From positions 3,038,001 to 3,102,000 of the forward strand of contig MU053304.1 in assembly GCA_013239625.1 (NCBI GenBank): a stretch of 64,000 nt of DNA. The letters are read 5' to 3'. The notes below the pieces were generated by a model. The model was given only the letters and a program-made list of their open reading frames with translations, had not been told where the DNA came from and did not search any database. The translations under genes were made by a program, and so were the position numbers. This stretch comes from Lama guanicoe. Taxonomy: Eukaryota. Of the stretch, positions 37,497 to 51,594 are shown one piece after another; position 1 is the first letter of the stretch, and each line of letters opens with the position of its first letter.

Positions 37497-37667
37497 AATA
37501 AGGCAGGATACAGAACATGTTGCATACATATGCATACATATACTTCTTTTCCTATTCTTTTTCATTCTAGGTTACTACAAGATGCGTGCACCAGAAATTG
37601 ACCCAGCGTTGTAAACTGACTCTACTTCAATTAAAAAAATTAAAAAATAATAAGGCGAGATACAGAA
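37497..37667. mobile_element. Short 5'-inverted L1 insertion with 19-bp TSD
   Basis: TSD AATAAGGCAGGATACAGAA (37497-37515) / AATAAGGCGAGATACAGAA (37649-37667). Segment 37516-37583 is antisense; 37584-37648 is sense with a poly(A) tail. Confidence 0.8.
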
Positions 37668-40019
37668 ATCTAACAAGTGATGCTTTACATAAAAGGAGCG
37701 ATAACGTTTTTCAGTTAAAAAGAAATATAACATTGTCACTCGATACTGGTGCAAAAAACTTTGAAAGTTCCTAGTGGTAGAAAGATGACCTCCTGGCACC
37801 TGTGAAAATTTCTTGTGTGCAATTTCTCAAAAAAAAAAAAAAGCAAGCCACACCCCACTCCCATCCTGTCATTCCAAAAGAGTTTTCAGTCCACCCACAG
37901 CAGGCATGACACCACCTGACAATTTCCCTGCACGTGGGCCATTCTGCCAGGAGGTCTGGAAAGATGCCATGGCTTCCTCCTAGGCTTCAACCCCTGCAGG
38001 TTAAAGACTGCTGATCTTTCTAGTCCTGCCGTTCTTGTGACCTATTTACCGTTTCCTGCATGCCAGGAAGAGACGTGGTACTGGAGTAGAAACTAATCTG
38101 TCAGCACCAAGTCAGCGTCAAATCACAGTCAGTGCTACGAACCTGAACCAAATCCAGCTCCCAGCAGTGACTAAGAGCAGCTTAGCAGGATCACACATGA
38201 ACCACCTGAGCCCCTCCTCCAAGACCGTGAGAATGGTGCTCACAATCTCAAACAGGAGGTTCAAGGTGAGCGTCTCAGAACCAGCTCCAGGGCTGTGACC
38301 AGGAAGAAAAAGGAAAAGTGGGTGTGATTCAACGGGAGGATTTGGAGATGAGAAAGGAGGAAAGACAGCACTTAGGAAAGTGAATGCAAAACACAGGTCA
38401 GATGTAAAACAGGGCAGAGCCAAGAGTGGAAGTCAAAGAGACTGATTTCTCTCTCTGGGGGTTGCCCCACCCTTCTTGGAGCCAGGACTTCAGCCCACCC
38501 TGCACCCCCCCGTTATGAAGGCAGTGGCAACATTCACCATACTTACCTACGGGCTTGGGGGAGACCCTCAGAAGGTGGAAGTGTCCTCACTTGCTAGAGC
38601 TCTGCTCACACCCCTCAATGGACAATGCTATCATTCCAGGAAGTTTTTAGGAAACTTAAGAATTCTTCTGGTCTTGTCTTTTAACCAGTGATGCGAACAT
38701 ATTGATTTAAGGGCCTTTCTCCATTGTATCAGCCCTCATTCCTGGAGTAACTCTTTTCACCCCTTCAACCCCTATTTGACCGGCCCATCACTGTTGTTAG
38801 ATATTCATGACCTATTTATTATTCAAGACTTGAGTCAAAGGCTACGTTTCCAGGGCAGTTTCCACAATTGGACGAAACAATCTTTACTTTGAACTGCCAA
38901 AGGACTTGGCTTCTCACATCATGTAAGAACCTGCATCAGTCTATCTTTACAGCAGCAGCTTCTAGCCCATTTCCCTCTCTCCCACCACAGCTGCCTTGGC
39001 TCAGGGTCTCAGAGCTCCAGGTCTGCATTCATAGAGTGGTTTTCTGAAGCCTCTTTAGCCCATCACATCGTTGAAGAATATTATGATCATGACATGGAGA
39101 AACTTGTTTTTTACTCTTCTATTTGATCAGTTCCCAAGGTGAGAAAAAGCGGATATGGACCAGTTCTCCTTCCCGGAGGGGCTGTTTTTGGAAAAAAACA
39201 GGAAAGATCATTTTGTAGGAGCTAGATCTTAAGAGAAGATGTAAATGAGAAAAAGGAATGATGATAGAAGGTTACATAAAGAGAGTGAGGTGAAGAGGTT
39301 GGGGGTGGGGCAGCAACTCTGAGTTTGAAATTTTGGAGAAAGGAAAGAGCTAAAATTAATAGCTCTCACCTCAAGATATGCCTTCCATTGAAATTAACTT
39401 GGCCTCCTTCATCATGGTAATGACTATTAATTACTGCGTGTTCTCTATGTAGCATTTTACTTACATACTTATACTTCCTTGGGTACATATGTCTACATCT
39501 CTCTTAGAGATAAGAGATCAGGGAAATTGACCAACTCGCCGCATGTCACCCAACTAATATCAGAGCTGGCATTTGAATCCAGATCAGTCTGGATGCACAG
39601 TCTATGCCACTTCTCCATCACCTGCCTCTTCTGTATGGACCATAAGAGGAGAGAGATGAGGGTTATCACTGCATACTTTACTGTCAAGCAGGCTAAGACA
39701 TCCTTGCCTGAGTTCACATGGCTAGACTGTAGCAGAATTTGAGTTTCAGTCCTGATTTACCTTATTCCAAAATCCCGTTTGATTTTTCTGCTTTGATGTC
39801 CCTCTTAGTGACCTTGCTTCTCTCTGTTCCCCCATAACCTTTCCCGCTCTTTCACAACATTGCTAGCAGTAACACTGTCTTCCAGGAAGCCTTTCCTCAC
39901 TATCCTCGTTTTATGATTATTTATTGCTTACTGCACTTTGCTACAGTACTTCTGAACTGAAAGATCATTAACCTCAATTTTTAGATCCCTAGAATCCATG
40001 ATTGGTCTTCAAGATATTT

Positions 40020-41935
40020 ATCAAACTGCAGAAATTGTATGTAAAATATTGGGTCTAGCCAACACAACACTGAAGGAGAAGAACACAGGTGGAGGACTGA
40101 CACTACCTGACATTCAGGCTTACGATAAAGCTACTGTATTCAAGACAGTAGTATTGGTGAAAGAAGCAAACAGATGGATGCAACAGAATAGATACCCCAG
40201 AAATAGACTTATGTAAATAGAGTCCACTGATCTTTGACAAAGGAGCAAAGACAACACAATGGAGCAAAGATAGTCTTTTCAACAAATGGTATTAGAACAG
40301 CTGGACATCTACATCCAAAAAAATTACACAAAACTTACACATTTACAAAAATTAACTCTATGGATCACAGACTTAAATGTAAAATGCAAAACTGTAAAAC
40401 TCCTAGAAGATGAAATAGCCTTGGATATGGAGATGACTTTTAGATACAACACCAAATATACAGTCTGTGAAAGGAATATGTGATAAGCTGGACTTCATTA
40501 AATTAAAAACGTTCGTTCTGCAAAAGATTTGGGATTTCTCTGATGACAACTGATGTGAAGCCCCTTTTCATATGTTTATTCACTATCTGTATATCTTCTT
40601 TAGTGATGTGTCCATTAAGGTCTTTGTTTCTTCTTGCTGAGTTTTAAGAATCCTTTGTATGTTTTGGATAAGAGTCTTTTTATCAGATGTGTCTTTTGCA
40701 AATAGTTTTTCCCACTCTGTGACTTTTCTTCTCATTCCCTTACCATGCTCTTTCACAGAGCAGAGGTCTTTAACTGGACTGCTGGAGAGGATGCAGAGAA
40801 CCAGGAGCTCTCATTCATTACTGGTTGGAATACAAAATGGTACAGCCACTGCCAGAATACAGTCTGGTAGTTTCTTACAGAACTAAACATACCCTTATCA
40901 TATGATCAGCAATTAAAGTTCACTAGCATTTACCCTAGGAGCTGAAAATGTATAGTCCCACAAAAACCTGCTCCTGGATGTTTATAGCAACTTTAGTCAT
41001 AATTGTCAAAACCCAGAAGCAACCAAGATGGCCATCAGTAGGTGAATGGATAAAAACAAAAACTGAATAACTGGATAAACTGCATAAAATGAATGCGGCA
41101 TATCCAGACAATGGAATACATTCATCCCTCAGCATCCATAGAGAATTGGTCCCAGGACCCACCATGGTTACTAAATCCATGGATGCTCAAGTATCATATA
41201 TAAATTAGTGTCCTATTTGCTTATAATCTACACATACCCTCTCATATACCTTAAAGCATCTCTAGATTACTTACAATGCCTAATACAATGTAAAAGCTAT
41301 GTAAATAGTTGCTGGCCTGCAGCAAATTCAAATTTTGCTTTGGGGAAATTTCTAGAATTTTTTCTGAATATTTTTCCATCCACAGTTAATTGAATCCCCA
41401 GGTGCTGAATCCATGGATATGGAGGGCCAACTATGTTATTCAGCATTAAAAGAAAAATGAGCTATTAAGCCATGGAAAATACAAGGAGGAACCTTAATTG
41501 TGTATTCCAAAGTGAAGGAAGCCAATCTGAAAAGGCTAAGTACTGTTTGATTCCAATTGTATGCCATTCTGGAAAGGCAAAACTGTGGAGACAGTAAAAG
41601 GATAGCGGTTGGCAGGGCTTCTGAGTGGTACGAGGGAGGAATAAGTAGAGCACAGAAAACTTTTGCTGCAGTGGAAATACGCTGTATGAAACTGTAACGA
41701 TGGAAGTCATTCTACATTTGTGAAAACCCATAGACTCTACAATACCAAGACTGGGTCACAACATACACTGTGGACTTTGGGTGACAATGACATCTCCGTA
41801 GGAGTCATCAATTGTAACAAATGCACCACTTTGGTACATTTGTGGGGATGGAGAGTACATAGAAAATCTCTATTCATTCCTTTCAGCTTTGCTGTGAACC
41901 TAAAATTGCTCTAAAAAGAATTGTCTTTTTAAAAA
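40020..41935 (+). mobile_element. L1MC-like ORF2 end/3'UTR with an internal inverted block (40528-40766) and a nested MER2
   Basis: GGLTLPD..AY.KATV.KT ORF2 peptide; 3' end TGCTGTGAACCTAAAATTGCTCTAAAA. Confidence 0.85.
41119..41432. mobile_element. MER2-like Tigger (TcMar) non-autonomous DNA transposon
   Basis: Imperfect terminal inverted repeats CATTCATCCCTCAGCATCCAT / ATGGATATGGAGGGCCAACTA; body AAATCCATGGATGCTCAAGT..CATCTCTAGATTACTTACAAT. Confidence 0.8.
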
Positions 41936-44900
41936 GTGCTGGGTCTATGGGCATAGATCCATTTTTCTGAGGCAATAAACCAGAGTCTTCATCAGGGCCC
42001 TTAAGTAGTCTATAACTGCAAAAAGTTTAAGAATCACTACCTTGGAGCATTTCTGCAAATCATTCAATTCTCTCTGGAAAAAAAAAATCTGCTTATTCCT
42101 TTAAATTCATTTCCCTGAGCCCAACATGCAAAGGACTTTCAACAGCCTGGAATCTTCTCTGTAACACAAAACAAGCTCTGAAGTGCTGTTAGCTGCTTCC
42201 TGCTGCAGGATTTCAGGACTCCGACGCATGATCCGAGATGGTGATTTCCCAGTCTTGGCACTGCTCTTCCGTTTCTCCTCATTCAGATAATCATGCTGCA
42301 CCGCTTGTGTGCTACCCAACTCCCCCTCCTTACAAAATCTAGCTGATACACGGTTCCCAGGCCCTTTATCTCAAAGTTTCCTCATTCAGCCTGCTGAGCA
42401 GGTAGTTTCCTGGTGCTGGGACCAAAGCCAGTTAATTCTGATGTATTTTTGTGGTTTTTCACTTCCCCAAAGGAAAACCCAGACCTATTGACAAGCATGA
42501 AGGATGTGAACCCATTTTAATCCTGTAATCTATTTTTATCCACTCAGAACTTCAAATCAGACATGTCAAATTGATTTGGGGGAAAGAGGGCAGAATGCTC
42601 ACATCTACAGTAGAATTTCAGCATTGTGAGTAACTTGAGACCACAGTCACCCAACTCAACAAATAAGTCAGCCACACACCAAAAGAGTTTTGTCAAAGCC
42701 TTAAAACTAGCAAGGTGTGGAGTCAGGAGACTTTTTTCCCTAAACCATTCTACACAACGAACTTCAAGATGCACACGTGCTCTTTCCTCACTGGATTCGA
42801 TGTTTTTTCTAATTTGAAGTATCAACACTTCTTACCCATAACACCAGGAACATGTGGACATATTATCTGGGAGCAGTTTTCCTGGCTAGATGCCTAAGCT
42901 AAATAGTACACACACACAGATTAGAGTTGCCGACAGTATGCCACCTGCCCTGAAAAGAACTGTGCTTGTACAGAAGAAAAAAAGTAAATAAAGATCAAAG
43001 TTATGGGCACATCTGAGCAGCACACAATTGAAGGCCTACCAACTGGCTTTGTGGGTCAAGGTCTAGCAACTGACTCTTCCTAGGCTCAGCAGTAGCTCCC
43101 GGCCCCTCGCGAAACATTACATCTGCAAAGACAGCTCTATTGCCGAAGGCTGGGAGCTGCTTCTGCTGGTTGGGCGGCAAAGGCAAGGCAGAGGCTCTCC
43201 AGCCAGCAGCTCGCTAGCCTCATTTTCTCTCCAATAGAAATGACCCACCATATGGGTTCTATCAACCCTGCCAAACCTCTCTGCCTCCCAACTGCAGCCT
43301 CCCCAGGAGAGGTGAAAAGGAGAAACCGCTGGCGAGTTTCTCATTGTATTCTTTGGAGTCCACCGTGCGGTCCAGCTTCGGGGAATTGTGGACACAGTCA
43401 GAACACACTTGTCCTTAAGTGTTGGGGATTCTCTCTCTCTCTGGTGTCATGAGGATCTGGAAAACTGGAGTTGGGGACAGGAGGCCAGTGAAGGGGGAAA
43501 GGTTGTGATATGGCGCTGGAAGTTGAGTGGACAAAGAAGGGCAAGGGGGACTCCAGTAAGAAGGGCAGGGGTCTTCAAGACTGTACTTGAGATGAGGGTA
43601 GGTGCATGGGGAATGGCCACATGATTTGGGAATCAGAAATATGCTTGATATCTACCTATTTTTTTCTTTCACCTGGGCAAGAAGGTTTCTTTCAAAGTGC
43701 ATTTAAATTCCACCTCTCAGCCATCATAGTTCCCAGAAAATCCAGGCTGTTGGGGTTCTGGTTGCCCTCTGTGGTCCACTGTTACCACAGTGGAGCCCAA
43801 CCAAAGGGGGGCATCGCCCACAAGTCCTGGGCCCCATATGAGGGATTTTACAATTCCTTCCCTAAGCCAATGGCTCACAGATCCTCATTATATTGAAGGG
43901 AGAGGAAAGAGAAATCTCTTTTTCTTAACACCAGCATAGCACTTAAGACCCCTTATGTACTATGCCTTGTTCTTAGTGATTTTCAAATATTAACTCATAA
44001 CATGCATAAATTCTCTGCCAGGAGATTACATAACAGTTGTTTACTCCAGTGTCTCTCAAAATGATTTTTGGAAACTACTCGTACCAGAATCATGGGATTC
44101 TTGCTAACAATGATGAAGTCTAAACCAACTTAAAGCCAGTCTTCACAACAACCATGTGAGGTCGGTGTATTATCCTAGTTTTACAGATGAGAAAACTGAG
44201 ATGCAGAGAAATTTGTATCCCACACGTGGTCACAGAGCTATCAAGTGCCAAAGCCAAGGTCAAATCCTGGATCTGCCTGACTGTAAAGCTCATGCTCCTT
44301 CAGCAACAACATGGTATGGAATCAAACCCCGAGGGAGGGTGAGCACACTGATGCCCTGCTGCTGTGATTTCAGCAACAAATCTCACACATCTACCTTGTA
44401 CAAGGCACTGCAGAGGGCACTGCTGTGTCCCAAACACAGTGCCCTGGGATCAACAAACTCCTGTGGGCCAGAGGAGCCTGGGCGACTGGGACCAGGACCT
44501 AGGGCGGGGCAGGAATGGAGTGGATGGAAACTACAGAAATTGGGAGCTGTGCAAATTGTAGGTCATCCAGGCAGAAGAACATGTCATCAGGTTGCAAAGC
44601 ATGCAAGCACCTGGAGTATCCCAAGGAATGACAGGCTCTCTCTGAAGGGGCTTACACGACACAGTGGGTGAGGACACAAAGAGTAATGGGGAAACCTAAG
44701 AGGAGCCAACAGAGCCCCAGCCCCCGGGCTGAGTCTTCAGGGCAGGGTTGGGGTCCCTGGGATGAATGATAAGAGCAGAAAGACTTGAAGAATAAGACAC
44801 AAGTAGTCTCCAGGACTGTGACCTGAGACCAGAGATACAGCCTTGGCCTCAGCAATCAGGACTGAGGCCTCATAATTACAGCTGTGGCACGCGATCAGTC

Positions 44901-45519
44901 TGTGCCACTGGCAAGGGGTGGAGTCCTAGAATGTCCCCCCAAAAGACACATCTTCCACACTTGTCTGTGGACCACACTGTCCCTGGAGATAGTGTGTGGC
45001 CCTGGGCTAAACAAAGTTAACCAAATACTTTACAGATGTTACTATGGAGACATTCATATACTCAGTTTCCTTTCAAATCTCCAGAAGGGAACCATAAGGC
45101 ATTTCCCAAATGTATTTATCTCAGAATTCCTATTTTCTGGTTTGTTTTTTAACATCATCTGTGGTTACTATCTGGAACATCAAAACACTATGTGGGGAAC
45201 AGTGAGGTAATAAATCCAGTCTCCACCCCCAAGATTGAAATGGTCTTAAAATGGAGTGGTGTTGTGCCAGCAAGTGGGGGTCCGGTGTCCCAGCCGTGCA
45301 GAAGAGGCTGCGGGGCTGGGGACAAAGCAGGGATGAACAGACACATGCACACAGTACACAAGAGCATCATTTCTGCTTTCAAGACACGTTCACTCGAAGG
45401 GAAGCCAGCTCTTTCAAAGAGGCCACTATACCTTTTCTCCTGTTTGCCCAGGCTACTCTGTCAGCAGTGTGACAGCTCTGCCGGCTTTCTCCTCCCCTTT
45501 TCGTGGAGTCAATCACTAA

Positions 45520-46040
45520 AAATTGAATAGGATATATCCATTCATACAATGAAATATTTATTAGCAAAAAATTTAAAAGTGAAGTACTGATACACCCTGC
45601 AAGATAGATGAACCTCAAAAACTTTAAGTAAAAGAAGCCAGACACAAAAGACCACACAGTGAATGGCTCCATTTCTATAAAAAGTCCAAAACAGGCAAAT
45701 CCACAGAGACAGAGGCAGATGAGGGGTGGCCAGGAGCTAGAGGCGGGAAATGAGGAGTGACTGCCAAAGTGCTGTGGGTTTCTTTGGGCGGGGTGGGTGG
45801 TAAAAATGTTCTAAAATAAGATTGTAGTGATGGCCACACAAAGCTGTCTTATATTTCTTTTTGTAACTGACTATACTTCAATAAAAAAAAATTAGTGGGG
45901 CAAATTTGTGTGAGTGTATCTCCAGCTTCTGCATTCTATTCCATGGATCTATGCTATGATGAATTTTTAAGACATCAAATTTTACACTTTAAATGGTATG
46001 TAAACTAAATCTTAATAAAGCTTTAAAAATAAATAAATAA
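45520..46040 (+). mobile_element. Old L1 (L1MB/ME) 3'UTR
   Basis: AAAGAAGCCAGACACAAAAGACCACA..AACAGGCAAATCCACAGAGACAGA..TACACTTTAAATGG..AATAAAGCT. Confidence 0.75.
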
Positions 46041-48629
46041 AAAGAATTACTGGGAACCTTTCACATGCCCTGCTCACCTGGGAGCAGAGAGAACCTTTTC
46101 TTGCCTTCCTACCTGCTCAGGGCTTAAAAGAAATTGATGCTTCCTCTTTGGTTAAGTCACTAAAACTCTGAACTGGGGAGGAACAACCCCCTTCCAGCTG
46201 GACCCCTGGAATCCTCACCCTCCATAAAATGAAGTGATTTGCTAGACACACTTCCTAGAAGATAGCTGTCCTCTCCCAGGCCCATCCTGCTGTGTTTACC
46301 TGGGGACAATGTCCACCCGGTGGGCAGTGTCACAGCAGGTGATGGTGAAGGATACTGATTTCAACAGGTATTTGATCCGCACCTCTTATTTAAAAAACAA
46401 AACAAAACATAAAACAAAAAAACTGTTTTTAAAAGTATTTTAAACAATAAAACAAGCTACTAAATTACAAGAGCTAAACAACGAAGCTTTGACTCCTCAA
46501 AACTGTCGAGGTCAGTCATGAAAAGCAAGGAAAGAATCTGTCACAGACCAGAAGGGACTAAGCGTGTGCACTAACTAAACGGCCTGCGGTCCCCTAGAGG
46601 GAGCCTCAAACGGAAAAAAAAAACAGCGTTGCTGGAAAACCAGTGAAATCCAAGCAAGGCTGGAGTGTAGTCCAGAGCCATGTGCCAGCACAAATCTTCC
46701 TGCTCTGATGAGCCTGCCTGGGTCAGGAAGCGGGCGGCGTCCGGGGAAGCCGGGGGGCGGGTACATGGAACACCGCACCCTCTCCCTAACTTTTCCGTTA
46801 AGTCTAAAATCATTCCCAGATAAAAGAGCAACATTTAAAAATAAATAAAACATCTACGCACAAGTCGAGCCCAGTCAAAGCCAACTGTTAACTATGATCT
46901 TCTTAGCTTAACCTTGTCGTTTCTCCTGTTTTGGGGGGAATAATTTGACTTCCACAGGCCTTTCTGCACAGCCAGATGCCGAAACCACTTCTTCCTCTCA
47001 CTGGTTCCTAACAGCCCACCTATGCCTCTCGGCTCTTTTTTGCTCCATCTCACGAGAGAAGATTTTGTTTTCTTTTCATTTTCCTTGCAGTCCTCCCTGG
47101 ATTCTTCTTCCAGGGGAAACTGAGTCATGGAGGGACTGCGGGCTTGGTTACTGGGTGACTTCACTCCCTTCTAGTTCAACACACACACCATCTCAGCAGG
47201 AGTTATTACATAACACGGCAAACACTGTAAAAATCCATCTGCTTTCCACCAGCATCTCTTTCAAGGTCGATCTGCCTCCTAACATCCTAAAACCGTGGAG
47301 CAGAAACCAAAAATTGATAGTAGTGGTCCATGCTTGTACTTTTTCCCTTCTTCTTCTTAAACAAACAGCTTGTTTGAAGTGATTCGAAGAACAAACAGTA
47401 GAAAATGAATCACATGCATCACGACTGCGCCTGTCAGCACCACGGTAGGAAGAGAAAGTTGAATCAGAACATGCAAATGTCAAGGCTTTTCTTTGTGTTA
47501 CAAGAAAGGCCTTCACAATTAGAATCACTTTTCACAAGTATTTTCAAGGTGTGGGAGAGAATTTTTCCAGTTTCTATAAGGACAGGCAAAAACAGCAGCA
47601 CACCTGGGATTAAACGCTCGCACAGTATTTCTTAGAAATCAGTGTTCTTACGCTTACCAAACCGGCAGGAAGGTTAAGACTGTAGAAAAGTCCTGTAATT
47701 CAAATGGAAGAGAAATGAAAGATCATTAATCGATGACAGAGACAATGCCCTTTTTGTGATTAATGGAAATTCTGATAGATTTTTTACCAGAATTTTTATT
47801 TTAAAAATTAAGAAATGGAAAACAGTAGACTCACCATTTCCTCTCCTAATTCTTGGTCTTCCTTTGAAAACTGGCTTACCCAGCTTTGAAGTCAAGCTTT
47901 CTAGGGTCAGCTTAGATGTGGGGAAATCTGCTACAAAGAGCGACCTACTTAGGGTTCAGTGATGTTTTCATAGAAACTTTAGAGTCACTGAGTACAACCA
48001 CTCATGTTTCAGTTAAAGAAATCAGGCCAGGCTGATGAACCTTTCCAAGATGAGTTTTCTAGTGAGAGAGGAACCAGGTCTCCAACCAGCTCTTCCAGAG
48101 TTACAGCTGATGATCTTTCATCACCCCTCAGTCTTCTTTCTGCTCATTTCACTTTGGGCAAAAAATGTAAAATGTTCAGATATGGAGAAAGGGTAGGGTT
48201 ACTCATCATTACATTTTTTTTAAAAAAAGGTATTCATAACCACAAGAAGAAGAAAGGAGAAACTGAAGCTAATAATTATTTGTTATTGAAGAGGAACTGT
48301 TCGATCATTATGCTGTAAACTGTCTATTTATTTTGCACTACTTGTTCAGGAAAAAAATGATGCTTTCGAAGCAAGATCACATTCATACTTGAGCTCAAAA
48401 TCCCCTTACCCTGGGCAACACTCCGCCTTGCCCTCCATGAATATTATAGGATCGCTGAGTATGCAGAGAACAAGTGTGCCGCTATCTTATACTGGTGCTG
48501 GCAACACCTGCTGCCAGAAATACTCTCAGACAGGGAACTGTTTTTGTAAGCAAAATGGCGTGGTCAGTGAGTAAAATCATCATGGACATAGACAAAGACC
48601 CAAAAGAGAAAGTTGAAGTTCTTTGCATT

Positions 48630-49900
48630 AAAAATCAACAGAAACTAAAACACAAAGCCATAAAACCCTAGAAGATAACATGGGAGAAAATCTAGATGGC
48701 CTTGGGTACAGCAACAGTTTTTTAGATACAACACTAAAATCACATTCCATAAACACTTGGTAACCTGGACTTCATTAAAACTTGAAACTTCTGCTCTGCA
48801 AAAGACAAGAGAATGAAAAGTCAGGCTACAGACTGGGAGAAAGTATTTGCAAAGAGATCTGTGATAAAGGATTGTTACCCAAAATATACAAAGAACTTTA
48901 AAAACTCATTAAGAAAAAAAAAATTTAAAAGATGGGCCAAAGACCTTAACAGATACCTCACTAAAGAAGATACAGAGATGGCAAATAAGCATGTGAAAAG
49001 ATGACCTAAATCGTGTCATCAGAAAAATACCAGTTAGAACAACGAGGTGCTACTTCAAACCTATTAGAGGAGCAAGAACACTGCCAGCACCAAATGCTGG
49101 CAAGGATGTGGAGCACCAGGAACTCCCATTCATTGCAGGTGGGAATGCAGAATGACACAGCCACTTTGGAAGACAGCTGGGCAGTTTCTTACAAAACTAA
49201 ATGTACTCTTACCATATGATCCAGCAATTGTGCTCCTTGGTATTAGTCCAAAGGAGAAGAAAACTTATGTCCACACAAAAACCTGCACATGGATATTTAT
49301 AGCAGCTTTATTCATAATTGCCAAACTTGCAAGCTACCAAAATGTCCTTCAACAGGTGAATGGATAAGTAAACTGATACACCCAAAAATAAAATATTCAG
49401 TGAAAAAAAAAAAGAAATGAGCTATCAAGTCATGGAAAAGACATGGAGGAAACCTAAGTGCACATTCCTAAAGAATGAAAGAAGCCAATATGAAGTGTCC
49501 ATAAAGTATGATTCTAATGATATGACATTCTGAAAAAAGGCAAAACGATGGAGTCAGTAAAAAAAATTAGTGGCTGCCAGGAGCCGGGGGGAGGGGAAGG
49601 ATGAAAAGGCAGAGCACAGTGGAAGTACTCTGTATGATACTCATAATCATGGATTCATTTCACTGTACATTTGTCCAAAATCATGGAATGAACCCTATTG
49701 TAAACTATGGACTTTGGGTGACTATGTGATTGCGATGTGTCAATGTAGGTTTGTCACTTGTAATAAATGTACCAATGTGCTGAGGGCTGATGGTGGGGGA
49801 AGCTGCCTGGGGGAGCAGGGGGTATATGGGAAATTTCTGTACCTTCCCCTCAATTTTGCTATGAACCTAAAACAAACAGAAAAAAAAATCTTAATATAAA
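48630..49900 (+). mobile_element. L1MC-like ORF2 end and 3'UTR
   Basis: ORF2 C-terminal peptides QATDWEKVFAK and LPYDPAIVLLGISPKEKKTYVHTKTCTWIFIAALFIIAK. Confidence 0.88.
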
Positions 49901-51594
49901 TAACTGAACAGAAACGTGGATATAATGAAAGAGTAGCAGAAGGACAGCAGGGTGACCATGAGAACACGCTCCAGCTGGACACACCCCGGATACTGTCAGA
50001 AACCCCGGGGAAGACAGCAGACCTGGCAGAACCCCCTGAGCAGACTAGAGTTAGAACCTAAGGAACAAAGCAATCACGGGCTCACACCACATGCACACGC
50101 CCTGTGGCCTGTGGCTAGTGGAAGAGGGTTTGGTGTTCTGCTAACAGAGTAAGCTGTGTGGTTTACAGGGCTTGATCAGGCCACTGAGAATATGAATTTT
50201 TTTCACCCACTGTGATCTGCCCTTTTCATCACACAGGCCAAAGAGTGAATACATACAACGTCCTATAGCTTTCAAAGCCCCTCTCTCTTTTCTTTTGTTT
50301 GTGTTCTGGGTTTATTTGTTTGCTTAGCACTTTGAACGAGATCCTCCTTGCTCTGGTGATCTCAAGGAGAGAAGTAGCAGGGGAGAACCTCAATAATGAC
50401 CCAGAAGGCCTCACATAGACCTCTACCAATAGAAGGGGAACAGTTAAGAGTAGACGTAACTTAAAAAAAATCCCATGTGAAATCTAAAAAAAAAAATGAG
50501 AGACAAATTTTATTTACACACCAGAAATAGCCTCATGGACATAGAAAGCAAACTATGGTTACCAAAGGGGCTATGGGGGAGGGTGGATGAATTAGGGGTT
50601 TGGAATTAACAGATACACATTACTATACATAAAATAGATAAACATCAAGGACCCACTATACAGCACAGGGAACTATAGTCAATTTTATGTAAGCTAGAAT
50701 GAAAAAGAATCTGAAAATATATATATATATGTATGTATGTGTATAACTGAATCACGTTGCTGTACACCTCAAACTAACATTGTAAATCAACTATACTTTA
50801 ATCAAAAAATATTATTAAAAATAGAAAAAATAAGAAGAATCCCAGCATGGGAGGGAGGAAGGAACCACGGACAATCCAGCAGCATCCTTCACTCTGTAGC
50901 GAGGAACCAAAGGCTCAAGAAAGCAAGCGGCCGGCCCCAAATCAATCAGCTGGTTAGAGCAGAGCCAGCCCTGCTGATAGTCGGATCAGTGCTGGAACAG
51001 CTGCATTCACCTGGTTTGAAACACACCTCTACCTCCCTCAAGCTTCTGACCATGTTCTCTAGGACTGTTTCTGACATGAAAGAAATCAAATATTCCTGCA
51101 AAATCCAGCCATCTTTTTCCTAAGCTGACATGTGTTTCCTACATAAGCTCACGTGGGCAAAAGAGAACTTTGACGCAACCCAAAGCTCAGTGGACTCGTG
51201 ATCGTCAGGGAAAGGAAGTTCCAGAAATGAGGAAACTCTGAGGAAAACACCCATCGTACAAGGCTGGGGGAAATCAGCAGATGTCACTGTGACCGTGACC
51301 ATAGTAAAGGAACAGAAGATAAAGAGGTGAATCATAATAAAAAGCTGCTATTCAAATAAAATGCACTTTCGGTAAACAAATGTTTTGTTTGCTGGAAGGT
51401 TGAACTCCTAAAGAATTCTGAAGGAAGCATTTTCTTTGACCAAATAACACCTCCTAAAGCTAAAACATTTGCTTTTAGGGTGGTCATGTCAGCCTTGTAA
51501 TTTGCAAATATTTTCAAATCTGATAAGGATTCCCCCTGAACCAGACAAGATCCCCCGAGCCATCCAGTTTGACTAGTGTCAAAGGAAAGGTGGT

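Noticed and set aside
46892..47635. Cluster of 76-145 aa ORFs in non-repeat DNA
   Set aside because: No consistent splice sites and no recognisable protein.
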